Shown: piece after piece, positions 36,126 to 47,756 of the stretch
Layout of the letters: each line of letters starts with the position of its first letter
How positions within the stretch are numbered: position 1 is the first letter of the stretch
Origin: Azolla caroliniana
Taxonomy: Eukaryota; Plantae; Polypodiophyta
DNA: 64,000 bases
NCBI GenBank assembly: GCA_043228905.1
Contig: JBHGNT010000003.1
Coordinates: 9,548,001-9,612,000 of the forward strand
Direction: 5' to 3'
The notes under the pieces: generated by a model
The model's input: only the letters and a program-made list of their open reading frames with translations
Database searches by the model: none
Told to the model about the DNA's origin: nothing
Translations under genes and position numbers: made by a program

Positions 36126-37664
36126 ATCCTATATGGGAGGACGAGTGGAAAAGGTAACCAATTTGTTGGAACCCCTTGATTAAGGATGATTATGGTAATA
36201 TGTTAGGAAGAAGGACAAGATTAAATTGGGCAATAGTTGATGAGGCATTTGCGGCTAATGTTGGTACTTGGTTAAACTTTAATCAATCCTCTAGGGATGT
36301 TAAGGAACAAGTTTTGAAATCAATAAGATGTGGTACTTTAATGTTCCAAGAGATAAGTTACGCTTGTAATAGGATTTTGCCCTCTTCTTTTAATTCAAAC
36401 CATGTATGGTATGGGGCATTCTCTTCTTTTAATGTCTTGATTGGAGTAAGAGCTTATACATCTAATGAATCCTTCTTAGCATATATAATAGTTTCGGAGG
36501 GAAAATTGCAATGGGTCTGTATGGAGGATGACCTTCTCAATTTAGTGGAGTGGAAACCTATTAGGGTGGTTGCAAAAACAGGGAAGGTATGTATTATTGA
36601 TCCTCATCCTAAAAAAGTAAACCCTTTTTGGGATATTTGGGTTTGTGATAGTAAACCCTTATTGGAGTTAGAGTGGGGTCCAACGGAATGGTGGTGGAGA
36701 GGTTCTAATGGTAAGATGGTTTCTTTCTTTGACTACTCTGTAAAATTAGGTAGGGAATTCCAATGAAGGAGGAGTTTAGTTATGCCGGTTGCAGCTAAGG
36801 TATGGTTAAATAATAATAATATGCCTATGCAATCAGTATTGGCATTTTGGAAATGGTTGTGGGCTTTACAGATTCCTCGCCAAATCATTACATTTAGATG
36901 GTTGTGTGTCCACTATGCACTTCCAGTCTTGTAATGGATGCATAGGGAAGAGAGAACCAAACCTTGCTCTTTTTGTGGGCTTCACTTGGAATCAATGCAA
37001 CATGCCTTATGGAACTGTATGGTTGCATGTTCTGTTTGGAAACATATGTTGCGTCTCATTGATGTTGCATATGGACCTAATCTGATTGCATGGGGAAATG
37101 TCTTTTGGATGGACGTAAATGTGGATAAACATAATTATGAAAGGTAAAAGATATTGTTTACCCTTCAAACTAGGGGAAGGAAAGTTAAGGACATACCATA
37201 CTCAAACCCAAATCGGTTGAATGTGGATGCCACATTATGGGCTACGATATCGTCGATGGTTCTATGAAATATTTGGATAGGTCGATGCCAAAATGTGTTT
37301 CAGCAAATAAAGCAAAATCTTGTTCATTGTGTGAAGGAAATTTGGTCAATGCTTATCTCAATTCTAAAAGGTCAATATGACTCCTTCACAAGTAATGAAG
37401 ATATGATTTTTCTAAAACAACAATCCTTTAAAGGCAAATGGAAGGATTTGTTAATTTTTGTGGAGAGAAATGACAAAATGGAATGGCAATACGTACCCCC
37501 GCGATGGTTGTTCCCTCCATAGGTGGAGGTTAGTTCAAATTAGGACATAATGGGGGATATCTTACCCACCACTAAATTGTATCATTATAGGCTTGTATTT
37601 GCTTATTGCATTGGTAATGGAAACTATGGTGTAGTTTAAATTATTTTTATTTTTATTTTTTAAA
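36126..37664 (+). mobile_element. 5'-truncated L1-type LINE (ORF2 C-terminus with zf-RVT)
   Basis: FWKWLWALQIPRQIITFRW and PCSFCGLHLESMQHALWNC. Flanked by a 12-bp near-perfect TSD AATCCAGGAATT (36114-36125) / AATCCATGAATT (37665-37676). Confidence 0.82.
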
Positions 37665-37734
37665 AATCCATGAATTTAAAATTAAATGAATGGATAAGTC
37701 TATAAGAGATGCCACATGGGAACGAGAAAATATT

Positions 37735-38240
37735 TGAACGTTAAAATCGTTGTCGGCTACAACCGGTTTCTCTTGTGCGGAATAATAGTCAATCTAATGG
37801 AAAAGAAAACAGAATACAGAAACTGAGAATGACACAGATTTTGACGTGGAAACCCGAACTAGGAAAAAACCATGTGGAGTCCACAAACTCCGAAACAGAA
37901 CACTATGAGAGAAAGGAATACAATCAAAGATCTCAGAGGCAACGACCTAGAGATCTTGCTTCGCCAAACAGGCGGCTATGGAGCTCACACGCTTCCACTC
38001 ACACTCGTTCACTCTCACAGTCACAAAGACAACAACCTCATACACAGTAACTTTACAATGACGCACACGTATCTAACATGATTTCCCTAAGTACTTATAT
38101 ACTAATGTAACCTTTCGACTATTTACAAGTTTAGCCTTCTGTGTTGGTTATCTCCATGATTTCCGGCTTCAGCCTTAGCCGAGTTGCTCATCAAACACGG
38201 TTCTTCTCACTTCCCATCCGAAGGGACCTGTTTCATAACA
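37735..38240 (-). repeat. 3' LTR of Copia-C
   Basis: Direct repeat of 42118-42623; adjacent PPT. Confidence 0.95.
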
Positions 38241-41200
38241 AACTCCCTCTTCACTCCGGCATGGGATGTTTTACTAGTCCGATCCGCTTCCGGCATGCAT
38301 CCAGCTTGTCAGGTATCAGTACTTTGGTCAGCATATCTGACCCGTTCTCAGCCGTGTGGATCTTTGTCAACACGAACTCTCGATGTTCTACTCGCTCTCG
38401 GATCCAGTGATACCTATGTTGGATGTGTTTCTTCCTGGAATGGTACGTTGCGTTCTTAGCAAGGTGGATAGCACTTTGACTATCGCAATAGAGCCGATAT
38501 TCATCTTGCCGGATACCGAGCTCTCCGATGAAGTCCTTCATCCATAATATTTCCTTGCCGGATTCAACAGCCGCCATGTACTCCGCCTCCGTGGTTGACA
38601 ACACAACCGTCATCTGCAGCCTCGACTGCCCCGAAACAGCTTCCCCTACATATGTCATTACATACCCGGATGTAGACCGGCTGGTATCCACATCAGCCGA
38701 CATGTTCGAATCGGTAAAACTGTCAAGTTGTGGTTTACAGGAGCCAAATTGGAGACACATATTCGAAGTGCCCTTCAAGTGCCAGAGTATCCATTTGACC
38801 GCGTTCCAGTGCTCCTTGCCGGGATTGCTCATAAACTAGCTCACCACTCCGACTGCGTATCCAATTTCCGGTCGAGTACACACCATTGCGTACATTAAGC
38901 TCCCGACGGCAGAAGCATATGGAACCTTCATCATATCCGCCTTCTCTGCTTTCGTCTTCGGGCTTTGCTTACTGGATAATTTGCAATTTGCCGGGAGTGT
39001 CGATCCGACCGGTTTCGCTTCTAACATGTTGAACCGCTGAAGTACCTTTGTCACGTATTTCTCCTATGACAACCACAATTGCTTCTTTGACCGGTCCTGG
39101 AGGATGTGCATCCCTAGTATCTGTCTTGCCGGGCCCAAGTCTTTCATTGAGAAAGTTCGGTTGAGAGCCTTCTTCAGAATCCGTATTTTGGCTTGGTCCC
39201 GTCTGACGATCAACATGTCATCCACGTACAGAAGGAGTATCAGGAAGTCGCCTCCTTCGAACTTCTTTACAAACACGCAGTGATCGGTTTGTGTTTTGTG
39301 ATACCCTTGGTCGGTCGTGAAGGAGTCGAACTTCCAGTACCATTCTCGGGGAGCCTGCTTCAGTCCGTGCAGGCTCTTCTTCAACCGGCAAACCATGTGC
39401 TCCTTCCCTTTCTCCACGAATCCTTCCGGTTGCTGCATGTAGATCTCCTCTTTGAGGTCACCGTGAAGGAATGTCGTCTTCACGTCCAGCTGCTCTACCT
39501 CGAGGTCCTTGCCGCTATACATAGCACCGTTCGGATGGAAGTCATCTTTACTACCGGGGCAAATATCTCGTCGAAGTCCACACCCTTCTTCTGCTAGAAC
39601 CCCTTCACCACGATCCTGGTTTTGTATCTCGGGGGGTTGCTGGCATCTCCCGGTTTTAACTTGTACACCCACTTGTTTCGGAGTGCCCGCTTTTCTTTTG
39701 GCAACTCCACTAATTCGTATGTATGGTTCTCATGCAGAGAATCCATCTCATCCTGCATGGCACTTAACCATTTGCGGCTATGGGCGTCACTTTTAGCTTC
39801 CTCGAAGCTTTCTGGCTCCCCCTCATCGGTTAGCAACACGTGCTCTGGATCCGGAAATCTCTGGGGGGGCCTTCTCTCTCTGAGAGGATATCTGCGTCCT
39901 TGGGCTTCGTTAACCGGCTCCTCCATTTGCTCTTCATCCGAATCCGATTCGGGGTCTTGTCCGGTTTCGGTTTCACCTATTCCTTCTTCTTCGGCCGGTT
40001 TTGTCTCCTTACCGTCATCGGCCGGTTCATCAAGTGCTAACCGGCTTCTTGCTGGTTGGAACTGCATTTCATCAAATCGAAATTTTTCCTTATCGGTCGA
40101 CTCGGAGTTCATTATCTTCTTCTCTGACTCCCAGTCGGCGAGCGTCTTGTCCACCATGAAGATAATATCTCGACTCCGGAATACTTTTTGGTTGACTGGG
40201 TCCCACACTCGGTAGCCGAACTCATCGTCATCATAACCGAGGAATATGCATGGCTGGGTCTTTGGATCTAACTTTCCTCTCCGGTCCTTAGCTACATGCA
40301 CGTACGCAAGACACCTGAATACCTTCAAATGCCGGTAGGACACTTCCTTACCGGTCGAGACTCTCTATGACGTATCTTCGTCCAAGCGTACTGAGGGTGA
40401 TCTGTTTATCACATATGTCGCCATCGGCAGTGCCTCAGCCCAAAACATTTTGGGTAATTTTGCATGCGTCAGCATACTCCGGACCCTCTCCATTATGGTC
40501 TGGTTCATCCTCTCGGCCAGCCTGTTTAGTTCTGGCGTCTTCGGCATGGTAAATTCGAGCCGGATTCCCTTTGAGTGACAGTACTCCTCAAACTGCCCCC
40601 AGTATTCACCTCCGTTATCTGCTCGAACTGCCTTCAGCTTCCGGCCGGTTTCTCTTTCCACTCTCGCGCGGAGCTCTTTGAAGACGAACAACACCTGATC
40701 CTTCGTCTTCCACGGTGTGGCCCACAACTTCCGGTTGTGGTCATCTATGAACGTCACGAAGTACTGCAATCCGGCATGTGATTTCGTGTCCACTTGACAC
40801 ACATCAGTATGCACCAACTCCAGTGGTGCATTACGTCTCATTGGTGGCCTTGAGCGGAAGGAGGTCCGGTTTTGCTTACCGGCCAGGCAGTCGGTGCACC
40901 TCTCAAGATGCCCATTCTTCATTGGAATGAGGTTATCGTCTGCAAGCCTCTTCATCCCCTTCTCGCTCATGTGACACAGCCTCTTGTGCCACAACTCACC
41001 GGTAGTGTCGGATGCCATGTTCACTTCCTCCGGACATAACCGGGCATTCATCAGGTATAGAGTGTTGACTTTCCGGGCCCGAGCCACTATCAAGCTCCCT
41101 TTGCTGAACTTCATGACACTATTCCGGATGCTACCCGTGTAGCCTTCATCATCCAGCCGACCGGCTGATATCAGGTTCAGTCGAACCTCCGGAACATGTC

Positions 41201-42117
41201 GAACATCTTTCAGCAACATCTTGCATCCAGTTGATGTCGTCAACCACACATCTCCTATGCTGACAATTCGGCATGTACCTTCATTCCCCATCCGAACACG
41301 GCTGTGGTCACCGGCCGAATAGGATGAGAAGCATTTTCTATCCGGGGTCAGGTGGAACGACGCTCCGGAATCGACCACCCAGGTCATCTTGTCACCGACA
41401 AGGTTTAGTTCACTCTCCTCGGTGATGAGCATTAGCTCCTCTTCACTTGCCGCGATTGTCATCGTTCCTTTCCGGTCCTGCGCTCGCCGATCCGAACCGT
41501 TTCGGTCTGTGGCTCCCCGGTAAGCACCGTTTCGTTCCGGTGATTTCTTCGAATCGGTACTGTCGGTTTCCTTGTCTTTCCGAAAATGCCGACAGTTCTT
41601 CTGGAAGTGCCCCGGCTTCACGCAGTAGAAGCACGTGGGCCTCCCCCTTGACTTTGATCGTGTCCTCGATTTTTCCCGGTTCTGGGGACTCTGATTCCTT
41701 TGTCTTCCACGTTTCGATTCGGAAAGGAGCACTTTTGAGTCGGGGATCGGTTCCTTGTCCTTCCGACGCGCCTCCTCATTCAGGATACATCAGCATGATT
41801 GCCTGCATTGCATCATCCAAGGGGAACTTGATCGCTGCAAGTTGATTTACATACCCCATGAATGTGCTAAAGGACACTTACGTCGACACACTGTCGGATA
41901 GTGGGCACGGTTTTCCTATTTAGAAGCTTCCAATCCGATTCCAATACCCCCTTTGGTATTTCCGATCTGTCGATTGGCTCGTACAGGTCTTTTACAATGA
42001 GAAGGTCTTCCATCTTAATCTTCCAGTCTGCATAGTTCTGTGAATTTCGAACCATCATACCTGGGAAACCGCTCCCACCTCCTTCGATTTTCTATGTTGC
42101 TCGCTTTGATACCAGTT

Positions 42118-42623
42118 TGAATGTTAAAATCATTGCCGGCTACAACCGGTTTCTCTTGTGCGGAATAATAGTCAATCTAATGGAAAAGAAAACAGAATAC
42201 AGAAACTGAGAATGACACAGATTTTGACGTGGAAACCTGAACTGGGAAAAAACCACGTGGAGTCCACAAACTCCGAAACAGAACACTATGAGAGAAAGGA
42301 ATACAATATGAGATCTCAGAGGCAACGACCTCGAGATCCTGCTTCGCCAAATAGGTGGCTATGGAGCTCACACGCTTCCACTCACACTCGTTCACTCTCA
42401 CAGTCACAGAGACAACAACCTCATACACAGTAACTTTACAATGACGCACACATATCTAACATGATTTCCCTAAGTACTTATATACTAATGTAACCTTTCG
42501 ACTATTTACAAGTTTAGCCTTCCGTGTTGGCTATCTCCATGATTTCCGGTTTCGGCCTCGGCTGAGTTGCTCATCAAACACGGTTCTTCTCACTTCCCAT
42601 CCGGAGGGACCTGTTTCCTAACA
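42118..42623 (-). repeat. 5' LTR of Copia-C
   Basis: Lies 3 nt from the iMet PBS. Confidence 0.95.
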
Positions 42624-44454
42624 ATATTCTTAGATCTAACTTCCCTAACTTTTCATTGCAAGAGTGCAATGTTTTAAAGAGGGAGAGTATGTTACGGGCA
42701 TGACCATATAATATCCCATGGTAAGATTGTACCGTAGTATTCTATACACGTGGATAAAGTGTGAGGGTTAAATGAGAGTATAAAGAAGGGAGGATTACTT
42801 TTAATCCTAGGAATTGGGACAACCCTTAAGGGCCAAGTGTGAACTTGCCCGGGGACCTTAGGTCTTGCTATAAATATGAGGGCTAGCTACCCTCATTGAC
42901 ACATCTTTTTGACTACTTCGAGACTCTAATCGTGTGGTGAAGAGACTCTTGTAGCGAGTGCGCCAATACTAGGTACAACTCGCCACCACGACGGTGATAT
43001 GGGACGATGATCGAGGCTCGAGTCCGTCTCAATCCCTTCGCTCAGGTGGTCAAGTGGATCGACGCTCTTCTTTCTCTCTCCTCTCTTATCTATGTATCTA
43101 TTATTTCCTTATCTTTTGCTTACATTAGGATTAAGCTCTAACGTCATGTCTTGGTCAACAAGTGTTATACATTGGTTGAAATCCCACGCATATGAAGGTA
43201 GCCACAATAAAAAAGGCCTTTGTAAGCAAAATCCTAACGGCGGATTTCCATATGAATTCGATGGCTAAACAATTCTTGTGGTGGCTTACAAGAATGGAAA
43301 AGAAAAGCTTGTCATGCCATATGCACTTTATGTCCACTACCTATGTAGCCACGCTTAAAAAAGACAACAATGGAATTGCATTAATGGGTTTCCTTTAGAA
43401 CACTTTCACATATAATTATCAATGGTTCAAGAGAAAGAAAAAATAGTCTATAAAGTATAGTAACAATATTATGGTGAAGGGGCTATTTATATATCATCAA
43501 CCTAACACTCTCAACCATGACCACGCGAACAAAGACATAAATGTGGTGATGGATTTGTGATTGAGCTTAAGGGTCAATTGGTTCAAGTTGTTAGTTAAGC
43601 GTAATAAAAGGGGATGCATGCAAATGAACCAAGAGTTATGGATTTCAAGTTCATTGGATCATGCGTGATGTTAAGCAATTATGATTGAAGTACTATATTA
43701 TATTATGTGTAAAGTAATGCTTGCTTTCATGTATAACATTTTGTCTTTTGTCATTTTCTTCCATTAGGTTGATTGAGCTACTTGAATTGACCTAATAAAA
43801 GAAAGGACATGGTGGTTAAGTAGAAAACAAAACAAAATGAGTGTCATAATAGAATCACAATGATGGACTTTGAGTAAATCTAAGGGTTGGGTGATTCTAA
43901 AACATGGGAATCCTAAAAGTTTTTTAGATTATCAATGCTTATACACATAATGTCCCTGATCTAACAAATTGTTGCCTAATTATTCATTAGAATCTCTGAA
44001 ATTTAAGCATATAAACATTATGATGTGGTGGTCAAACTTGTGAGGTAATATGGAAGATTTGAAAAGGGCACTCCACCCACATCATAGGGATGGTGGGAGT
44101 TGCCTTATTTTTTCCTAATCGTTTTACGCGCCACCATAAAATGTGTACACACAATACATCACTGGACTTCTAAGGAATTGCTATAACCCTACCACAACTT
44201 TCATTGCTTGTATGTTCATACACATGTATTGTTCCTCCCACCTTTTTTTCCCCCCCTCGGACCAATGGTTTCGTACCTCATTGGCATGGGAACTTTTTTT
44301 TTTGTCTTGTTTGGGTATCTAGACTCAATTGGGCAAAGGCAAAAGAGAGGGTGGCAATCAAAGATGTTGTGAATCTCTTGCTGCATTTGATCTTATCGAC
44401 ACATACCAAAAGAATTAGGGATAAGGAGCCAAACTTATGTATCTAATAACAATC

Positions 44455-44600
44455 GACAACGGTTCGGTTCGGTTTGAGAGGGTCAAAACCAAACCATTAA
44501 AAAAAAAATTTAACTTGAACCGAACTAGGAAACCGTTAAACATTTTTCAAACCGTTAAAACCGTGGTTTCGTGGTTCGGTTTCGGTTTTCAACTTAGGTC
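44455..44600. mobile_element. AACCG/CGGTT-rich subterminal remnant of a non-autonomous DNA transposon (hAT-like)
   Basis: Clustered GGTTCGGTTCGGTTT and AAACCG motifs in both orientations. No TIR or TSD identified. Confidence 0.45.
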
Positions 44601-47575
44601 ATTTTTTATTTTTTATTTTTTAAAATTTATAATATTTCATTATTTTAAATTATTTTAAATTTAAAGATGTTCCTAAAATGTGAAAATAAGGTCTAAAAAT
44701 GAAAAGTTTGTTTTAAAACAATTTTTAAATTTTAAAAATAATAATAATTAGGGGAGATTGGTTCGTGAAATACCTATCTTGAGTTGGATATATGTCACCA
44801 TTATCGAAATCCCACCAATCTTTGCACTTGGACTTGGAGGCCATCTACCACCATTCAAGCAAATCATTTCAATCATTGAATTAGAGATAAATATAATTGC
44901 ATCATTTTGTTGGATATGATGTCTTAAACAATGATATCTCATATACCTGCATATTATAAGGACTGGCTGGGATATTTTGATGAGTAATGGGGCAGATAGA
45001 TATTGATAGTGAGTGAGTGGGATCAAATTATTTCCCTATGTTTATTTGTCCACAACCCAAAGAGAAATCATGAATGAAGTATTTTATGTGCTCAATTAAG
45101 TATAGTTTTGAACCACATTCCATGTGATCAAATAAAATCTGAATGGACTAGAACGCACAATTCAATGTCATTTCTTCATAACATACAAATATAGATGTCG
45201 GTTTGACCATGTACGACCTTAAAGAATAGACATAGTAGGAAGTAATGAAATACTTGTTATTACCATGCTCTTGGCCTTTTCACTCGATATGTACTAGCAT
45301 TCTACTTCACATGATGCTGCTTTCACAACGTTAGCAGCTACTAGCATTGCATTCTGAAAAAAGAACAATTTTTTTTTCCTAAAAAGATACGAAAAAAGAA
45401 CAATTTAAAGAAGCAAAGAAGGACTTATGGAGTTAATACAACATTAGTTGTTATATGCAGAAACTTACATTACCGATGCTTCATTGTGAATCCTCGCTCA
45501 AATTTGTACAAAAAACAATCACATATGACATTGCCAAAAGATTAGATACACAAACTTAACATTGATGATTCTATGTCGTTGAGACTGGCACGGATTCGTA
45601 CAAAATAAAATTTGCATTTGTAGCATTACCAGAAGATTAGATGTTATATTAAAAAACTTACAGTTACTGATGCATTGTTGTTGAGGTTGGCACAAATTTG
45701 TGATTGATCAAAAGCGTTATCGTTTGCTTTCACAAGGATACCTGTTAGCCCAAGTTTCACAGTAAATTACAAAAAAAGACGTTAAAACTTGAAGACATAA
45801 ATGTGGCCATATGCATATTTATCTAAGTATATCTAATATAGCATCACTGCTTGCATATGTTTACATCACTGATTCATATACAACCCATTGTTCGGAAATG
45901 GTCAATGCTTGTACTCCTTTCCCTTTGTTCCTTTTTTAGTATGTATACAGTCCAGAAGAGAACCAAAACAACCTAAACTTTTCTAAACGGAAACTTTCAT
46001 ATGTAAACATTACTAACTCTAAACGTGTGAAATGGTGACCAAACCATTAAAATAAGTTGTTTATGAACACACAATTCGCAAATGACAGCATTTGCACGAT
46101 GATTACCTAATGATTCACTTGCACATTTATCATCAACTAATCTTTAAATACAAGAGTGCATTCAACTATTGAATTATGTTGGAAATGATACATCTCTTCA
46201 CCTCAATAAAAAAGGGTTTAGGGTTTCCATGTCTCGTACATGAATAGACAATCAAGAATCGATGTCAAACGTTCAGTGCCATTTGGGAGGCTACCAATAC
46301 GCAATCTGGCCACCATGATATTGCCTCAAGAAGCAGTCTTTCAACCACGACGGGAGATATGACATTCATTTACATATATCAAGCACTAAAATTTGCATTT
46401 TAGGTATTGTTGAGTTGTCACGATCTCATATACATTAAACGATCATATCATTGTTGCCTTGTCAAAAGATCTCATTACAACTAAAATTCATTGAAAACCA
46501 AAGCTTAGTTATGTTCCTTAAGAAATAGAATGCCATTCATCCTAACCTTAAAGTGATGAAGAAAATCTGTTAACATTTGCTAAAGGCCAAAATCGACCCA
46601 TGACACAAATTATGATTGCAAATATGGCTGAATCCATGTGTCATCCATATTGAAACAGGAATACAAGCTCTAGATTTCCCAAAGCTCCATCATCATTATC
46701 TTAATGCTTGTGGTAGAATGATTAGGTTAGTTGGTGTGGTGGAATGAGACTATGATGAAGTTCAACAAGTGTATCTAGGTTTTCTTGTGTGGATCAGACA
46801 TGGTGAGCAATGATCTCTATGATTCAGTGATGGTACGACCCATGTACCTTATCACCCTAAACCCTAATCCCTCACTTCCAAATCTCCCCATAGGTTATAT
46901 CCTACTTATCATGTTGCAATAATTAGATGCCCTCTATATAGTCTATTCCTTCCTTTTATGTAGTAAAACCCTAATTCCTCAACAAGAAAAACAAATCCCT
47001 CAACTATTCCTACTACATGTAAAAAATGGAGGAGATTGATTGCCGCTTATGTCGATTGCAGGCCGCCTGACGATAGTTTTCTTTCCTGGCAAAAAAACCC
47101 AGTCAATCTCATTTCAAAAAATGAGAGATAATGACAGGTTTTAGGCTTTTATAGTCGTCGGTTGGGCGACATGCATCTTATATTCAGTTGGTTGGGCGAC
47201 CAACTCAATATAAACTTACCTGCGGTTGGGCAACCTGCGTCGAGGATTAAGTTGGTTGGGTGACCAACTTAATATAAACTTACCTACGGTTGGGCGACCT
47301 TTGTAGAACTTTTTTTTTTTCGCGCCCTCTTTCTTATCGAAATCTGACGGTGCAGATGGCACTGGCCTTCCTCTGAGTGACCTGCACCGTCTGTGGCCGC
47401 GATTCCCTCACCAGCCCTCTTTATGATTTGTGTCATAATAGACACGTCGTTATGTATGTAACTAGCATAAAAACCATCATCTTATCATCTTATGTATGTA
47501 TGCATGCGTTTGTGTATGTTATGTTAATGTACATATATGTATGTATGCACATAAAAACCATTATCTTTCAAAGTT

Positions 47576-47579
<4 letters not shown>

Positions 47580-47616
<37 letters not shown>
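47580..47616. repeat. (GA)n microsatellite upstream of the lectin RLK start codon
   Basis: Directly visible; potential GAGA/BBR-BPC binding tract. Confidence 0.9.
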
Positions 47617-47620
<4 letters not shown>

Positions 47621-47756
47621 CACAGCTAAAGATGGTGCAAGGAACAGAGCATTCTTCTTCTTCTCCCACGGAACAGAGCAAGCAGCATAATCAGTGTTGT
47701 TAACAGAGACAGAGACAGAGACAGAGAGATGGTAAATTTGAAGGTTTGAGCTGAGC

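Larger units (their letters stand above)
37735..42623 (-). mobile_element. Full-length Ty1/Copia LTR retrotransposon (Copia-C) with internally deleted gag
   Basis: 506-bp LTRs 37735-38240 and 42118-42623 (~24 differences by eye), perfect TSD ATATT. PBS TGGTATCAAAGC (minus, 42114-42103), PPT AGAGGGAGTT. Zn knuckle CFYCVKPGHFQKNC, PR WVVDSGAS, INT, RT YVDDML and RNase H are present, with several stops and frameshifts. Confidence 0.97.
35820..43160 (+). mobile_element. 3' end of a chromovirus-type Gypsy (INT C-terminus, chromodomain, PPT, 3' LTR), split by L1 and Copia insertions
   Basis: Pieces: 35820-36125 (PRFCGPFTV...HPVFHVSCLK...PERILDVK), 37665-37734 (EFKIK*MDKSIRDATWERENI) and 42629-42689 (LRSNFPNF, PPT AAAGAGGGAGAG). 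The LTR runs from TGTTAC at 42690 to about CAACA at 43160. Confidence 0.8.

Noticed and set aside
35497-36183. 228-aa ORF as a gene
   Set aside because: It is a chance fusion of a (CT)n tract, a dispersed repeat, a Gypsy integrase fragment and L1 sequence.
46210-46870. Telomere-like TTTAGGG/CCCTAAA motifs
   Set aside because: Only 1-2 units each; these are ordinary telo-box-like occurrences, not an interstitial telomere array.
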